Below, one piece after another: positions 40,021 through 48,969 of a stretch of DNA of 64,000 nt (its first letter is position 1; each line of letters starts with the position of its first letter). The translations under genes were made by a program, and so were the position numbers. The DNA is from an uncultured Candidatus Entotheonella sp. (lineage in GTDB: Bacteria > Tectomicrobia > Entotheonellia > Entotheonellales > Entotheonellaceae), in contig CBDCDA010000002.1 of assembly GCA_965215335.1 (NCBI GenBank), positions 1,178,979 through 1,242,978 on the forward strand, in the 5' to 3' direction. The notes under the pieces were generated by a model, which was given only the letters and a program-made list of their open reading frames with translations, was not told the DNA's origin and made no database searches.

Positions 40021-41208
40021 ATGATCAGTAAATTCGACAGCTTGTACGCCGGGCACGTGGACATGGACAACGTCGGCTACGGCGGCACCGCGGTGAACGA
40101 CCGGCGGTTTTCCAACGCGTATCTGGTCACCGCGTACGACAAGGCGCAGGCCATCGCGCAGACGATGGACGAGCAGGGATACGACGCCCTGTGGCTGGCC
40201 GAGCACCACTTCCAGCCCGAGGGCTACGAGTGTATCCCGAACGTCCTGATGCTGGCCCTGCACCTGGCGCACCTGACGCAGCGCCTGCGGATCGGCTGCG
40301 GCTTCAACATTGCGCCCATGTGGCACCCCCTGCGTTTGGCCGAGGATTTCGCCACCGTCGACGTTCTCACCGGTGGGCGGGTCATTTTTGGCGTCGGACG
40401 TGGCTACCACACCCGTGAGATCGAGACGTTCGGCTCGCCGTTGCTCGATCAGGCAGCCAATCGCGACCTGTTCGAGGAGCAGGTCGCGATCATCCTCAAA
40501 TCCTTCAAAGAGGGCTCCTTCTCGCACCGCGGCCAGTACTACACGCTGCCGCCCAATGTTCCGTATCGCGGCTACGAGCTGAAGGAGATCACGCTGGTAC
40601 CGCGTCCCCTGCGGCAGCCCGTCGAGTGCTGGCAGCCAATTCAGAGCGCCAGCCCGCGTGCCCTGGACTTCATGGCCGAGCACGGCATCAAGGGGATCAT
40701 CGGCGGCGGCGTGGCCGAAGGCGGCGCCATGCACAAGGTCGTCGAGGCTTACCGTGACGCCGTCGTCCGCACCGGCCGAGACGCCGAGCTCGGCACCGAC
40801 CTGAGCTTCGGCTTCCACTTTCACCTTGCTCCCTCACGTGAGCAGGCCATCCACGAAGCTGCCCCCTGGTTTGAAGAAAACCTCAAGATGTTCGGCCCCC
40901 TGCGCCTCGTCCGCGCCCTCAGCGACCAGCAAATCGCCGACATGGCCGATCCCGCCAAGGCGCCCACTGCCGGCCTTCCAAGCCTCCAGCAGGCCGTCGA
41001 CGCTGGCGGCTTCTTCTGCGGCCCGCCCGACCTCATCATCGAGCAGCTTCAGGCCGTCGAAGCCCGTTACCCCGGCGTCGAACGGGTCAGCGTCAGCCAC
41101 CCTGTCGGCACCCCCCAGCAGGTCATCGTGGAGCAGCTGGAGTGGTTCGCGCGCGACGTCATGCCCGCCTTCAAGGACCGCGAATCGGTCTTGGCACCGG
41201 CGGATTAG
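40021..41208 (+). CDS. LLM-class (luciferase-like) flavin-dependent oxidoreductase
   Basis: WLAEHHF, HPLRLAED, GVGRGY, FARDVMP motifs. Confidence 0.92.
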   Translation: MISKFDSLYAGHVDMDNVGYGGTAVNDRRFSNAYLVTAYDKAQAIAQTMDEQGYDALWLAEHHFQPEGYECIPNVLMLALHLAHLTQRLRIGCGFNIAPMWHPLRLAEDFATVDVLTGGRVIFGVGRGYHTREIETFGSPLLDQAANRDLFEEQVAIILKSFKEGSFSHRGQYYTLPPNVPYRGYELKEITLVPRPLRQPVECWQPIQSASPRALDFMAEHGIKGIIGGGVAEGGAMHKVVEAYRDAVVRTGRDAELGTDLSFGFHFHLAPSREQAIHEAAPWFEENLKMFGPLRLVRALSDQQIADMADPAKAPTAGLPSLQQAVDAGGFFCGPPDLIIEQLQAVEARYPGVERVSVSHPVGTPQQVIVEQLEWFARDVMPAFKDRESVLAPAD

Positions 41209-41320
41209 GGTGTATTGGCGTGGGGGAAACAAGGCTGGGAAAGGAAGTGTGCGTGTGGCGGAGGCTGGAGAAATATCGTGTCAATCAACCTGTCCCTCCA
41301 CCATGTCTTTTATGCTGTCT

Positions 41321-42165
41321 AGGTTCAGGACTCATATCCAGAAGATGACCGTGGCAGCAAGGCAGATGGCACTGAAAAAGGTGTGCGCACACCGGTCATA
41401 GCGCGTGGCGATGCGACGCCAATCCTTGAGACGACCGAACAGGCGCTCGATGAGATTACGGCTCTTGTAAAGCTCCGTGTCGTAGACAATCGGCTCTTTA
41501 CGATTGGCACGGCCTGGAATACAGGGCTTGATCTTGCGCTCGGCAAGCGCCTTGCGCAGCCGGTTGCTGTCATAACCCTTGTCGGCAATCAGCACGTCGG
41601 CCTCCGGCAATGCGGGCAGCGCCATGTCCGCCCCGCGATAGTCGCTGACCTGGCCCGCAGTCAACACCATGACGACGGGCTTGCCGTCGCCGTCGCAGAC
41701 GGCGTGAAGTTTCGAGTCGAGGCCGCCTCGGGTACGCCCGATATGACGCGGAAAAGCCCCCCCTCAAGCAGGCTGGCAGCGGTGCGATGCGCCTTGAGAT
41801 GCGTGCTGTCGATCATGACGGTCTCGGTGGCCGTGCTGTCGGCGGCCAAGGTTTGGAAGATGCGGTCGAAGACACCGGCCTTGCTCCAGCGCACGAAGCG
41901 GTTGTAGAGCGTCTTGTGGGGACCGTAGCAGGCGGGCGCGTGGCGCCACATCAGACCGTATCGAATGACGTGGATGATGCCGCTGATGACCTTTCGGTCA
42001 TCGACGCGTGGGACGCCCCGCACCTTGTTGGGTAGCAGGGGTTTCAGGCGGGCAAACTGCACGTCGGATAGCCAGAAGCAGTGATCGGGCATGATGAACC
42101 TCCTTATGAAGTTAGGGTCTTGAATCCTACATGATCAATGATACCCTTTTATAGGTCCTGAGCCT
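41321..42165 (-). mobile_element. IS5-family (IS427-like) insertion sequence, about 845 bp
   Basis: Imperfect terminal IRs AGGTTCAGGACTCAT / AGGCTCAGGACCTAT; flanks CTAG / CTGG; two-ORF transposase. Confidence 0.88.
41332..42092 (-). CDS. IS5-family transposase (orfA + orfB joined by -1 frameshift)
   Basis: orfA has YGPHKTLYNRF and MIDST; the -1 frame has IGRTRGGLDSKLHAVCDG, ADKGYDS, RNLIERLF, RRIATRYD; G7 run at 41757-41763. Confidence 0.9.
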
Positions 42166-42253
42166 GGATAGTCCTCGCTGCGCTGGTGTGATATCTGGTC
42201 GACGACGATGCACGGCAGGTAGCAGCGGCCCGAGCGCTGCTGGCGGAACCCAC

Positions 42254-42401
42254 CTCTCGCATGCCGGCGATGACGTCCGCTGGTGCCGGGCGGCTGGCGT
42301 CGGGCTTCTTGAGGCGGGTGACGCGGGCGACACCGTGCTCGGCGCGCAGGACGTCTTCCGTTGTCCAGGAGGCAGACGGTCCGGCCCTGCAATGAGGTCA
42401 G
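42254..42401 (-). pseudogene. degenerate fragment of a UGSC-family (seleno)protein
   Basis: LTSLQGRTVCLLDNG, then in a shifted frame EDVLRAEHGVARVTRLKKPDASRPAPADVIAGMRE; no N-terminus and no GD(U/C)GSC. Confidence 0.5.
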
Positions 42402-42443
42402 GTGAACGGTATCAGTCGTCGCAAGGGTGACCCCTTCCGCAGA

Positions 42444-43217
42444 TCAGTGGTGCTCTTTGAGGGTATCGGCGCGCAGGCCGCTGCGGAGCGTCTCGACGGG
42501 GATGACTTCATAGGGGGAGATGTTGCCGACGTTGACGTGGTTGCCGTAGTGCTTGAAAAACCACGTCTGCTGCTTTTTCTGCGGGGCTTCGAAGATGAGG
42601 TTCTGCAGGCCGATGGCGCGAACGACCTGATCGACTTCCTGCGCCTGCACGTCGCCCATGGCGTCGAACACGCCGACGGTGCCGGTCTCCCGGCCCTCGA
42701 TGATGATCTTCCACGCCCCGGCATCGAGTTCCGCTCTAGCCTGGGCGATGCGTTCGTCAACGCCGAGTTCGCTGTCCTCGCACGGGGATTTCTTGCCGAC
42801 CTCGGACAAGACGCACAGTTGGCGCGCCCTGGCCTGACGGATCAGCCCCAGCTTGGCCTCGTGCGACATCGCCACGGTGCCATCCGAGATTTCAACGCAA
42901 GTGAAGCCGAGCTGCTTGATCTCCGTCAAGAATTCCGCCACGCAATTCTGAGCGACCGCCACCTCCAGCAGGGTGCCGCCGGGACAAACGTAACTCTCGT
43001 TGTCGTGCAGGATGCGAATCTTGGCGCGCAACCGTTCGGCGCTGAACAGCCGCGACGTGCCCCAGCCGAACTTGACGATATCGACGTAGGGCGCGGCGTC
43101 CGCCATGAGGTCCTGCAGCTGCATCACCCCCAGGCCCTTGTCGAGAACGGAGGTCAACCCCTGCTCACGAGGTTTCTTCGTTCGGACCGGGAGGGCGATA
43201 AAGTCATAGGCGTGCAT
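42444..43217 (-). CDS. comA: phosphosulfolactate synthase
   Basis: KPREQGLTSVLDKG, KFGWGTS, GGTLLE, SEVGKK, IIEGRE.G, IFEAP, ETLRSGLRADT motifs. Confidence 0.92.
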   Translation of the reverse strand: MHAYDFIALPVRTKKPREQGLTSVLDKGLGVMQLQDLMADAAPYVDIVKFGWGTSRLFSAERLRAKIRILHDNESYVCPGGTLLEVAVAQNCVAEFLTEIKQLGFTCVEISDGTVAMSHEAKLGLIRQARARQLCVLSEVGKKSPCEDSELGVDERIAQARAELDAGAWKIIIEGRETGTVGVFDAMGDVQAQEVDQVVRAIGLQNLIFEAPQKKQQTWFFKHYGNHVNVGNISPYEVIPVETLRSGLRADTLKEHH

Positions 43218-43369
43218 TCAACTCTCCTTGGTTTGACGGATGCCGCAGATGGTTGGCCATGCATCCCTATTCGCATTGCAGCGACTCGTTCAGGCCGTCC
43301 TCAGCACCATTCCGATCTTGCTGTGGCCAGCCCAGTAGACCACATTCCGGCACCCGTGTCGAGTCCCCC

Positions 43370-43729
43370 TTATGGCGCCTGGTGAATCTGCACCTTGATG
43401 GAGCCGGTGGTCTTGTCGTAGGCGGCGTCGAAGCCCTGCTGAATCTCGTTCAGCGAAAAGACGTGGGTGACCATGGGTTGCAGGGTCGCCTTGCCGGAGG
43501 CCAGCATGTCGATAGCCAGTTCGTAGTCGTGCTGGCCGTTCAGGATGCCGTGGCACGATGAGAAGAGGATGGATTGCTCGTTGAGGAGTGGCGGCAGCCA
43601 ATCCAGCGTGATGGGTCGCCGGAAACCACCCAGGATGACGACGTCCTCGGAACCGGGCTCGGGGGCGGGGGAGTCGGCCAGCATCATGGCGGCGTCGCCA
43701 TTGAAGAAAGCGGCCTTCATCTTGGACAT
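43370..43729 (-). pseudogene. internally deleted zinc-binding alcohol dehydrogenase (MDR)
   Basis: MDR N-terminus (MKAAFF...PEPGSEDVVI) fused in frame to MDR C-terminus (LGGF...MVTHVFSLNEIQQGF...IKVQI); only 119 aa. Confidence 0.75.
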
Positions 43730-43926
43730 GCGTTGTTCCTTCCGTGATTCGGGTGGTGATGGCGCGGCGACTGAAGGCGGGGGGCGACAGGACGGCGCAC
43801 CATACGCCCATCCCGCCGGGTTTGCAAGCGGCGGGTCGGCTTGTTGCGTGGGGTCGCCTTTGCCATAATGCGCCGCGTGGAAGGGTGGAATTGTTGGCCA
43901 CACGAACCATACGAGGAGAGAGCGGC

Positions 43927-44886
43927 ATGGCGACGCTGTTGGGAAGTGGCGATTATCAGTACGAGGTTGATGCAGCCTGGGGCAAACTGCCCGACGGGTG
44001 GACCTACAAAGAGGCGGCGGCGGTTGGCGTGGACGCCAATGACAACGTCTACGTGTTCAGCCGGGGCGACCATCCCATGGTCGTCTTCGACCGTCATGGC
44101 AACTTCCTGCGATCCTGGGGCGAGGACCTCTTCGTGCGCGCCCACGGCATCACCATGGGGCCCGACGAATCGATTTACTGCACCGACGATGGCGACCACA
44201 CGGTTCGCAAGTGCACCTCCGACGGCAAGGTGCTGCTGCAACTCGGCGTGCCGGGCAAGGCGGCGGCGATGCACAGCGGCAAGCCGTTCAATCGCTGCAC
44301 CCACATCGCCCTGTGCCCGGACACCGCCGCCATCTACGTGGCCGACGGCTACGGCAACTCGTGCGTGCACAAGTACGACCCGAACGGCAAGCTGCTCTTC
44401 TCGTGGGGCGAGGCGGGCACCGACCCCGGCCAATTCAACATCGTGCACAACATCTGCACGGACAAAGAGGGCTACGTGTACGTCGCCGACCGCGAGAACC
44501 ACCGCGTGCAGGTGTTCGACCGCAATGGCAAGTACGAGATGGCGTGGAGCAACGTGCACCGCCCCTGCGGCCTGTTCATGGACAGCGGTGACGCAGAATT
44601 GTGCTACATCGGCGAACTGGGCTCGGGTATGGCGGTAAACGCCACGCACCCGAACCTCGGCCCGCGCATCGCCATCCACAACCGGCAGGGCGAGGTTCTC
44701 ATGCGGCTGGGCGACGACACCAAGGGCGCTGGCGAAGGACCGGCCCAGTTCCTGGCACCGCACGGCGTGACGGTGGATTCGCACGGCGACATCTACGTTG
44801 CGGAGGTGTCGTGGACCAGTATCGGCCAGCACCAGAACCCGCCGCGCGAAATGCAAACGCTGCGCAAGCTGATCAAGCGCGTCTGA
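43927..44886 (+). CDS. NHL-repeat beta-propeller (PAL-like), second paralog
   Basis: YVADGYGN, YVADRENHRVQVFD; collinear with 14553-15494. Confidence 0.85.
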   Translation: MATLLGSGDYQYEVDAAWGKLPDGWTYKEAAAVGVDANDNVYVFSRGDHPMVVFDRHGNFLRSWGEDLFVRAHGITMGPDESIYCTDDGDHTVRKCTSDGKVLLQLGVPGKAAAMHSGKPFNRCTHIALCPDTAAIYVADGYGNSCVHKYDPNGKLLFSWGEAGTDPGQFNIVHNICTDKEGYVYVADRENHRVQVFDRNGKYEMAWSNVHRPCGLFMDSGDAELCYIGELGSGMAVNATHPNLGPRIAIHNRQGEVLMRLGDDTKGAGEGPAQFLAPHGVTVDSHGDIYVAEVSWTSIGQHQNPPREMQTLRKLIKRV

Positions 44887-44905
44887 CGCCTAACTCAAGG
44901 AGACA

Positions 44906-45739
44906 GTGGAAATGCCCCTGGAGGCTCGAGTACAGGACCGCATCGCGGTGGTGGCGAGCCAGACGGCCCTGATGGCGCAGGCGTATGGCGAGTGGTCGGA
45001 GGCGGATTGGCAACGCGACACCTTTTGCTCGGGCTGGACGGCGGTGGACGCGGTGGCGCATCTGGTGACCGGGGCCGACTTCTACGCGCAGGTGATCGAG
45101 TCCGGCCGTACCGGCAAGCCCGGCAAGCCGTGGGACGTGACGAACGTCGAAGAATTTCGCGTTGCGCGAGGGGACGCTGGCAAGAAACTGACGACGGCCG
45201 GTCCGGCGGCCGTGTTGCAGGCGTTTTCGGACAGCGCCGCAGCGCTGCAAGCCGTGCTGGAATCACTGCAAGACAGGGAACTGTCGGAGTTGGCCTGGCA
45301 TCCGCGCGGGCTGGTCCCGATAGATGGCTGGATCGGCATGCGGCTCATCGAGCTGGGCATCCACGACTGGGATATTCGCCAGCCGCACGAGCCCGACGCC
45401 GGCCTGTCGTTCATCGTTCTGCCAGCGCTGCTGGAAGTCCTGCCGGACATGCAGACGCAGTTTCTCGGCCAGCGCGCCAGCGACGACCTTGCCGGAACGT
45501 TTGGCTTCCAGGCCGATGGCGTGTCGTGGGGGATTCGCTTGCATGAGGGTGCGGCATCCTGCCTGCCCGACATGCCGTCCGACTGCGACGTCTGTCTGCA
45601 CGCCAATGCCGAAAGCATGATCCTGCTCACCATGGGCCGCGCCGACCCGGGGGCGAAACGGGCCAGCGGCGCTCTGACCGTGACCGGCGATTCCGAAACG
45701 GGTCAGCAGCTTTGCGCCACCCTGTTCCGGGCGTTCTAG
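44906..45739 (+). CDS. maleylpyruvate isomerase (MDMPI) N-domain protein with SCP2-like C-terminus
   Basis: T.C.GWT..D.VAHL and E..IH.WD motifs; LTVTGD tail. Confidence 0.8.
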   Translation: MEMPLEARVQDRIAVVASQTALMAQAYGEWSEADWQRDTFCSGWTAVDAVAHLVTGADFYAQVIESGRTGKPGKPWDVTNVEEFRVARGDAGKKLTTAGPAAVLQAFSDSAAALQAVLESLQDRELSELAWHPRGLVPIDGWIGMRLIELGIHDWDIRQPHEPDAGLSFIVLPALLEVLPDMQTQFLGQRASDDLAGTFGFQADGVSWGIRLHEGAASCLPDMPSDCDVCLHANAESMILLTMGRADPGAKRASGALTVTGDSETGQQLCATLFRAF

Positions 45740-45859
45740 GCCATCGTTCCCTTTGGCCGATCTGGTCATGGAAGCCACGACCCCGGACGGCGAAACGTCC
45801 TTTGTCGCCGTGGAAATCTCCTTAGACCCATCCTGAGGATGCCGGGCCGATGCGAGGGA

Positions 45860-46765
45860 GTGATTTTGCTGGATCACCGGGTGCTGCAAAGCCTATTGGA
45901 CGCGCATCGTGAGGCTGTCTGCCAGCCGGTGCGCACCTTCGACATCGGCGGGCGCCCGTTTGACTTCAATCGTTACCGCTATCTGGTGGGGGTGATCAAC
46001 CTGTCCACCGATTCGTGGTACCGGGAGAGCGTCTGCGGAACCACGGAGGAAGCCATCGCTCGCGCCGTGCAGTTGCACCGGGACGGCGCGGACATCATCG
46101 ACGTGGGGGCGGAATCGACCTTGCCGGAGGCGCGGCAGGCTGACGTTGCGCAGCAACTCGACCGCCTGCTGCCGGTGGTGCAGGCGCTGAAGGCGCGCCG
46201 CTTGCTGGTGTCGGTGGAAAGCTATTACCCGGAGGTCCTGGAAACCTGCGCCCGCGCCGGGGCCGACATCTTCAACATGACCGGCACCCGCTACGGCGAC
46301 GACATCTTCCGACTGGCTGCCGACTACGATGCGACGGTCATCCTGTGCTACGTCCAGGGCGACACCGTGCGCGAGGTGTCGGACTTCCGGTTTCACGACG
46401 ACATGACGGCCGAGGTCGGCGACTACTTCCGCGCCCTCACCGCCCAGGCCGCCGGCCTGGGCGTCAGCAAGTGCTTCATCGATCCGGGGCTGGGCTTCTA
46501 CTACCGCAACCTACAGGACAGCCACCTGCGCATCAACTACCAGCTCGACACCTTCCTGAACTGCTTCCGCCTGCACGTACTGGGCTACCCGACGTTCAAC
46601 ATCCTGCCGCACGCCCCCGAAATTTTCCTGGCGGACGAGCGCCGTGCCGCCGAGCCGTTTTTCAGCGTGCTGGCCCTGCTCGGCGGCACCCACGTAATTC
46701 GCTCGCATGAAATCCGCGCCGTGCACCGCGTTCGTCAGGTGATGGCATTGTATCAGCCTGCCTGA
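45860..46765 (+). CDS. dihydropteroate synthase-like protein (divergent)
   Basis: GVINLSTDSW, GADIIDVGAEST, IDPGLGF, IRSHEI motifs; lacks SRK. Confidence 0.8.
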   Translation: MILLDHRVLQSLLDAHREAVCQPVRTFDIGGRPFDFNRYRYLVGVINLSTDSWYRESVCGTTEEAIARAVQLHRDGADIIDVGAESTLPEARQADVAQQLDRLLPVVQALKARRLLVSVESYYPEVLETCARAGADIFNMTGTRYGDDIFRLAADYDATVILCYVQGDTVREVSDFRFHDDMTAEVGDYFRALTAQAAGLGVSKCFIDPGLGFYYRNLQDSHLRINYQLDTFLNCFRLHVLGYPTFNILPHAPEIFLADERRAAEPFFSVLALLGGTHVIRSHEIRAVHRVRQVMALYQPA

Positions 46766-46791
46766 GTCTCGACTTCCTGGCGTGATGGAAT

Positions 46792-46821
46792 GTCGGATTA
46801 CGCTTCGCCAACCCGACCGAC
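46792..46821 (-). repeat. REP-like element
   Basis: Minus strand GTCGGTCGGGTTGGCGAAGCGTAATCCGAC; related to 54349-54381. Confidence 0.65.
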
Positions 46822-46824
46822 ATT

Positions 46825-48927
46825 CTACGCCGCCAGGCCCGCGTGCCGGAGCAGGGCGGCGGTCGTCGGCTCCCGACCTCGAAACGCCTGGAAGATCTCC
46901 ATGGGTGGGCGGCTGCCGCCCAGCGCCAGGATCGTGTCGCGATACCGGCGGCCGATGGCCGCCACGGCGCGCGGGTCGTCCACGCCCACTTCTTCAAACG
47001 CCGCAAAGGCGTCGGCGCTCAAGACCTCGGCCCATTTGTAGCTGTAGTAACCGGCCGCGTAGCCGCCGGCAAAGATGTGCCCGAAGCCGCACAGGAAGCG
47101 GTCTTCGGGAAGGGGCGGCAGCACGCTGGTCAGCGGCGCCAGCCGCTGTTGCACGTCAAAGGCGCTTTCCGTACCGTGCGGGTCGTGGCGATGGTGCAAG
47201 GCCAGGTCGATGAGGCCGAAGGAAAGCTGCCGCAGCATGAGGCTGCCGGCACGATAGTGCCGGGCGGCGCAGAGCTTGTCGTACAGGTCGTCCGGCAGCG
47301 GCTCGCCGGTTTCCACGTGCGCGCTCATGCCGAGCAGCGTTTCGCGGTGGTAGCACCAGTTCTCCATGAACTGGCTCGGCAACTCCACGGCGTCCCAATC
47401 CACGTTGTTGATGCCCGCCGCCATGCCGTAGTCGATGGCGGTAAGCATGTGATGCAGGCCGTGCCCGAACTCGTGGAACAGGGTCCGCAGCTCGGTGAAC
47501 GACATCAGCGAGGGCTGGTCGCCCACCGGCGGCGTCTGGTTGCAGACAAGGTAGGCCACCGGCAGGCGGACGGACTGCCCGGACGGCGCCAGGAGGCGGC
47601 TGCGGCCCACGCATTCGTCCATCCAGGCGCCGCCGCGCTTTTCGGCGGGACGGCTGCAAGGGTCGAGATAGAACGCCGCGATTTCCTGGTCGTGCTCGTC
47701 GTAGACGCGGAAAAACCGCACGTCCTCCTGCCACACCGGCACGTCACCGTCCGCCGCCTCGATGCGCACCCCGAACAGGCGCCGGGTCAGGGCGAACAGG
47801 CCGTCCAGCACGCGCGGCAGGGGAAAATAGGGCCGCAGGGCTTCTTCGCTGAAGGCGTACTGCTGCTCACGACGGCGCTCGGCCCAGAACGGCAGGTCCC
47901 AATGGCGCATATCCACCGCTTCAGGGGCCCCGGCCGCCGCGGCGCATTGCCGTTGATCTTCCAGGTCCTGTTGCGCCGCGTCCAGGGAGACTTGCCGCAA
48001 TTCTTCCAGGAAACCCTCGACGGTCGGCACGTCCGGGGCCATTTTGCTGGCCAGGCTGAGTTCGGCGAAGCTGCCGTAGCCCAGCAAGGCGGCCATTTCC
48101 TGCCGTAACTGCAGGATGCGGGCGATGAGTGGGGCGTTGTCCAGTTCGCCGCTGCTGGCGCGGGTGATCGAGGCGCGATAGAGCTGCTCCCGCAAGTCGC
48201 GCCGCCGGCTGTGCGCCATGAAGGGCATGAAGGACGGGTAGTCCAGGGTGATACGCCAGGGACCGCTCGCCGCCGTGGCGTCCGGCGCTCCCGCCTGGCG
48301 GGCGGCCTGGGCTGCGACGTGCAAGAGACTGGTCGGCAGCCCCTCCACATCCTGCGGGTCCTCCAGGGTCAGCGCGAACGCCTTGGTGGCGTCCAGAACG
48401 TGGTTGCTGAACTGGGTGCCGAGTTCGGCCAATTCTTGCTGGATGACGTTGAAGCGTTCTCTTTTTTCGCCTTGCAGACCGACGCCGGACAGTTCGGCGT
48501 CGCGCCGGAGCACCTCGACAATGCGCTGCTGGGTTGCGTCGCAATCCTGCCAGGCAGCGCTGCCCCGCAACGCTTGCAGCGTCTGATAAACGGCTCGACT
48601 CTGTTCCAGCCGCATGAAGAACTGCACGACGGCGGGCTGCATTTCCTCGTAGGCGCGGCGCAATTCCTCGCTGTTCTTGACACCCATCAGGTGCCCCACG
48701 ATTCCCCAGGTTACGCGCAAACGGTCCCCGAGGCGTTCGAGCGGTTCAACCAATCCCGCCCACGTGGGTCGCGCATGCGCCTCCAGGTTCCGTAGTTCGG
48801 CATCGAGTTCATCCAGTATCTGCCGCATGGCCGGCGCCACGTGCTCGGCGCGAATGCGGTCGAAGGCAGGGAAAGCGCCGCTTTCCAGCAGCGGGTTCGG
48901 GCTGGCTGTGGGTTGGGTTTCATTCAT
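46825..48927 (-). CDS. prlC: oligopeptidase A (M3 peptidase)
   Basis: KRGGAWM, FHEFGH, DAVELPSQFMEN, GYAAGYYSYKWA motifs. Confidence 0.95.
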   Translation of the reverse strand: MNETQPTASPNPLLESGAFPAFDRIRAEHVAPAMRQILDELDAELRNLEAHARPTWAGLVEPLERLGDRLRVTWGIVGHLMGVKNSEELRRAYEEMQPAVVQFFMRLEQSRAVYQTLQALRGSAAWQDCDATQQRIVEVLRRDAELSGVGLQGEKRERFNVIQQELAELGTQFSNHVLDATKAFALTLEDPQDVEGLPTSLLHVAAQAARQAGAPDATAASGPWRITLDYPSFMPFMAHSRRRDLREQLYRASITRASSGELDNAPLIARILQLRQEMAALLGYGSFAELSLASKMAPDVPTVEGFLEELRQVSLDAAQQDLEDQRQCAAAAGAPEAVDMRHWDLPFWAERRREQQYAFSEEALRPYFPLPRVLDGLFALTRRLFGVRIEAADGDVPVWQEDVRFFRVYDEHDQEIAAFYLDPCSRPAEKRGGAWMDECVGRSRLLAPSGQSVRLPVAYLVCNQTPPVGDQPSLMSFTELRTLFHEFGHGLHHMLTAIDYGMAAGINNVDWDAVELPSQFMENWCYHRETLLGMSAHVETGEPLPDDLYDKLCAARHYRAGSLMLRQLSFGLIDLALHHRHDPHGTESAFDVQQRLAPLTSVLPPLPEDRFLCGFGHIFAGGYAAGYYSYKWAEVLSADAFAAFEEVGVDDPRAVAAIGRRYRDTILALGGSRPPMEIFQAFRGREPTTAALLRHAGLAA

Positions 48928-48969
48928 GCCATGAGATTCCTTCATTCATTCAGGGACGTCCGGGGTTCG

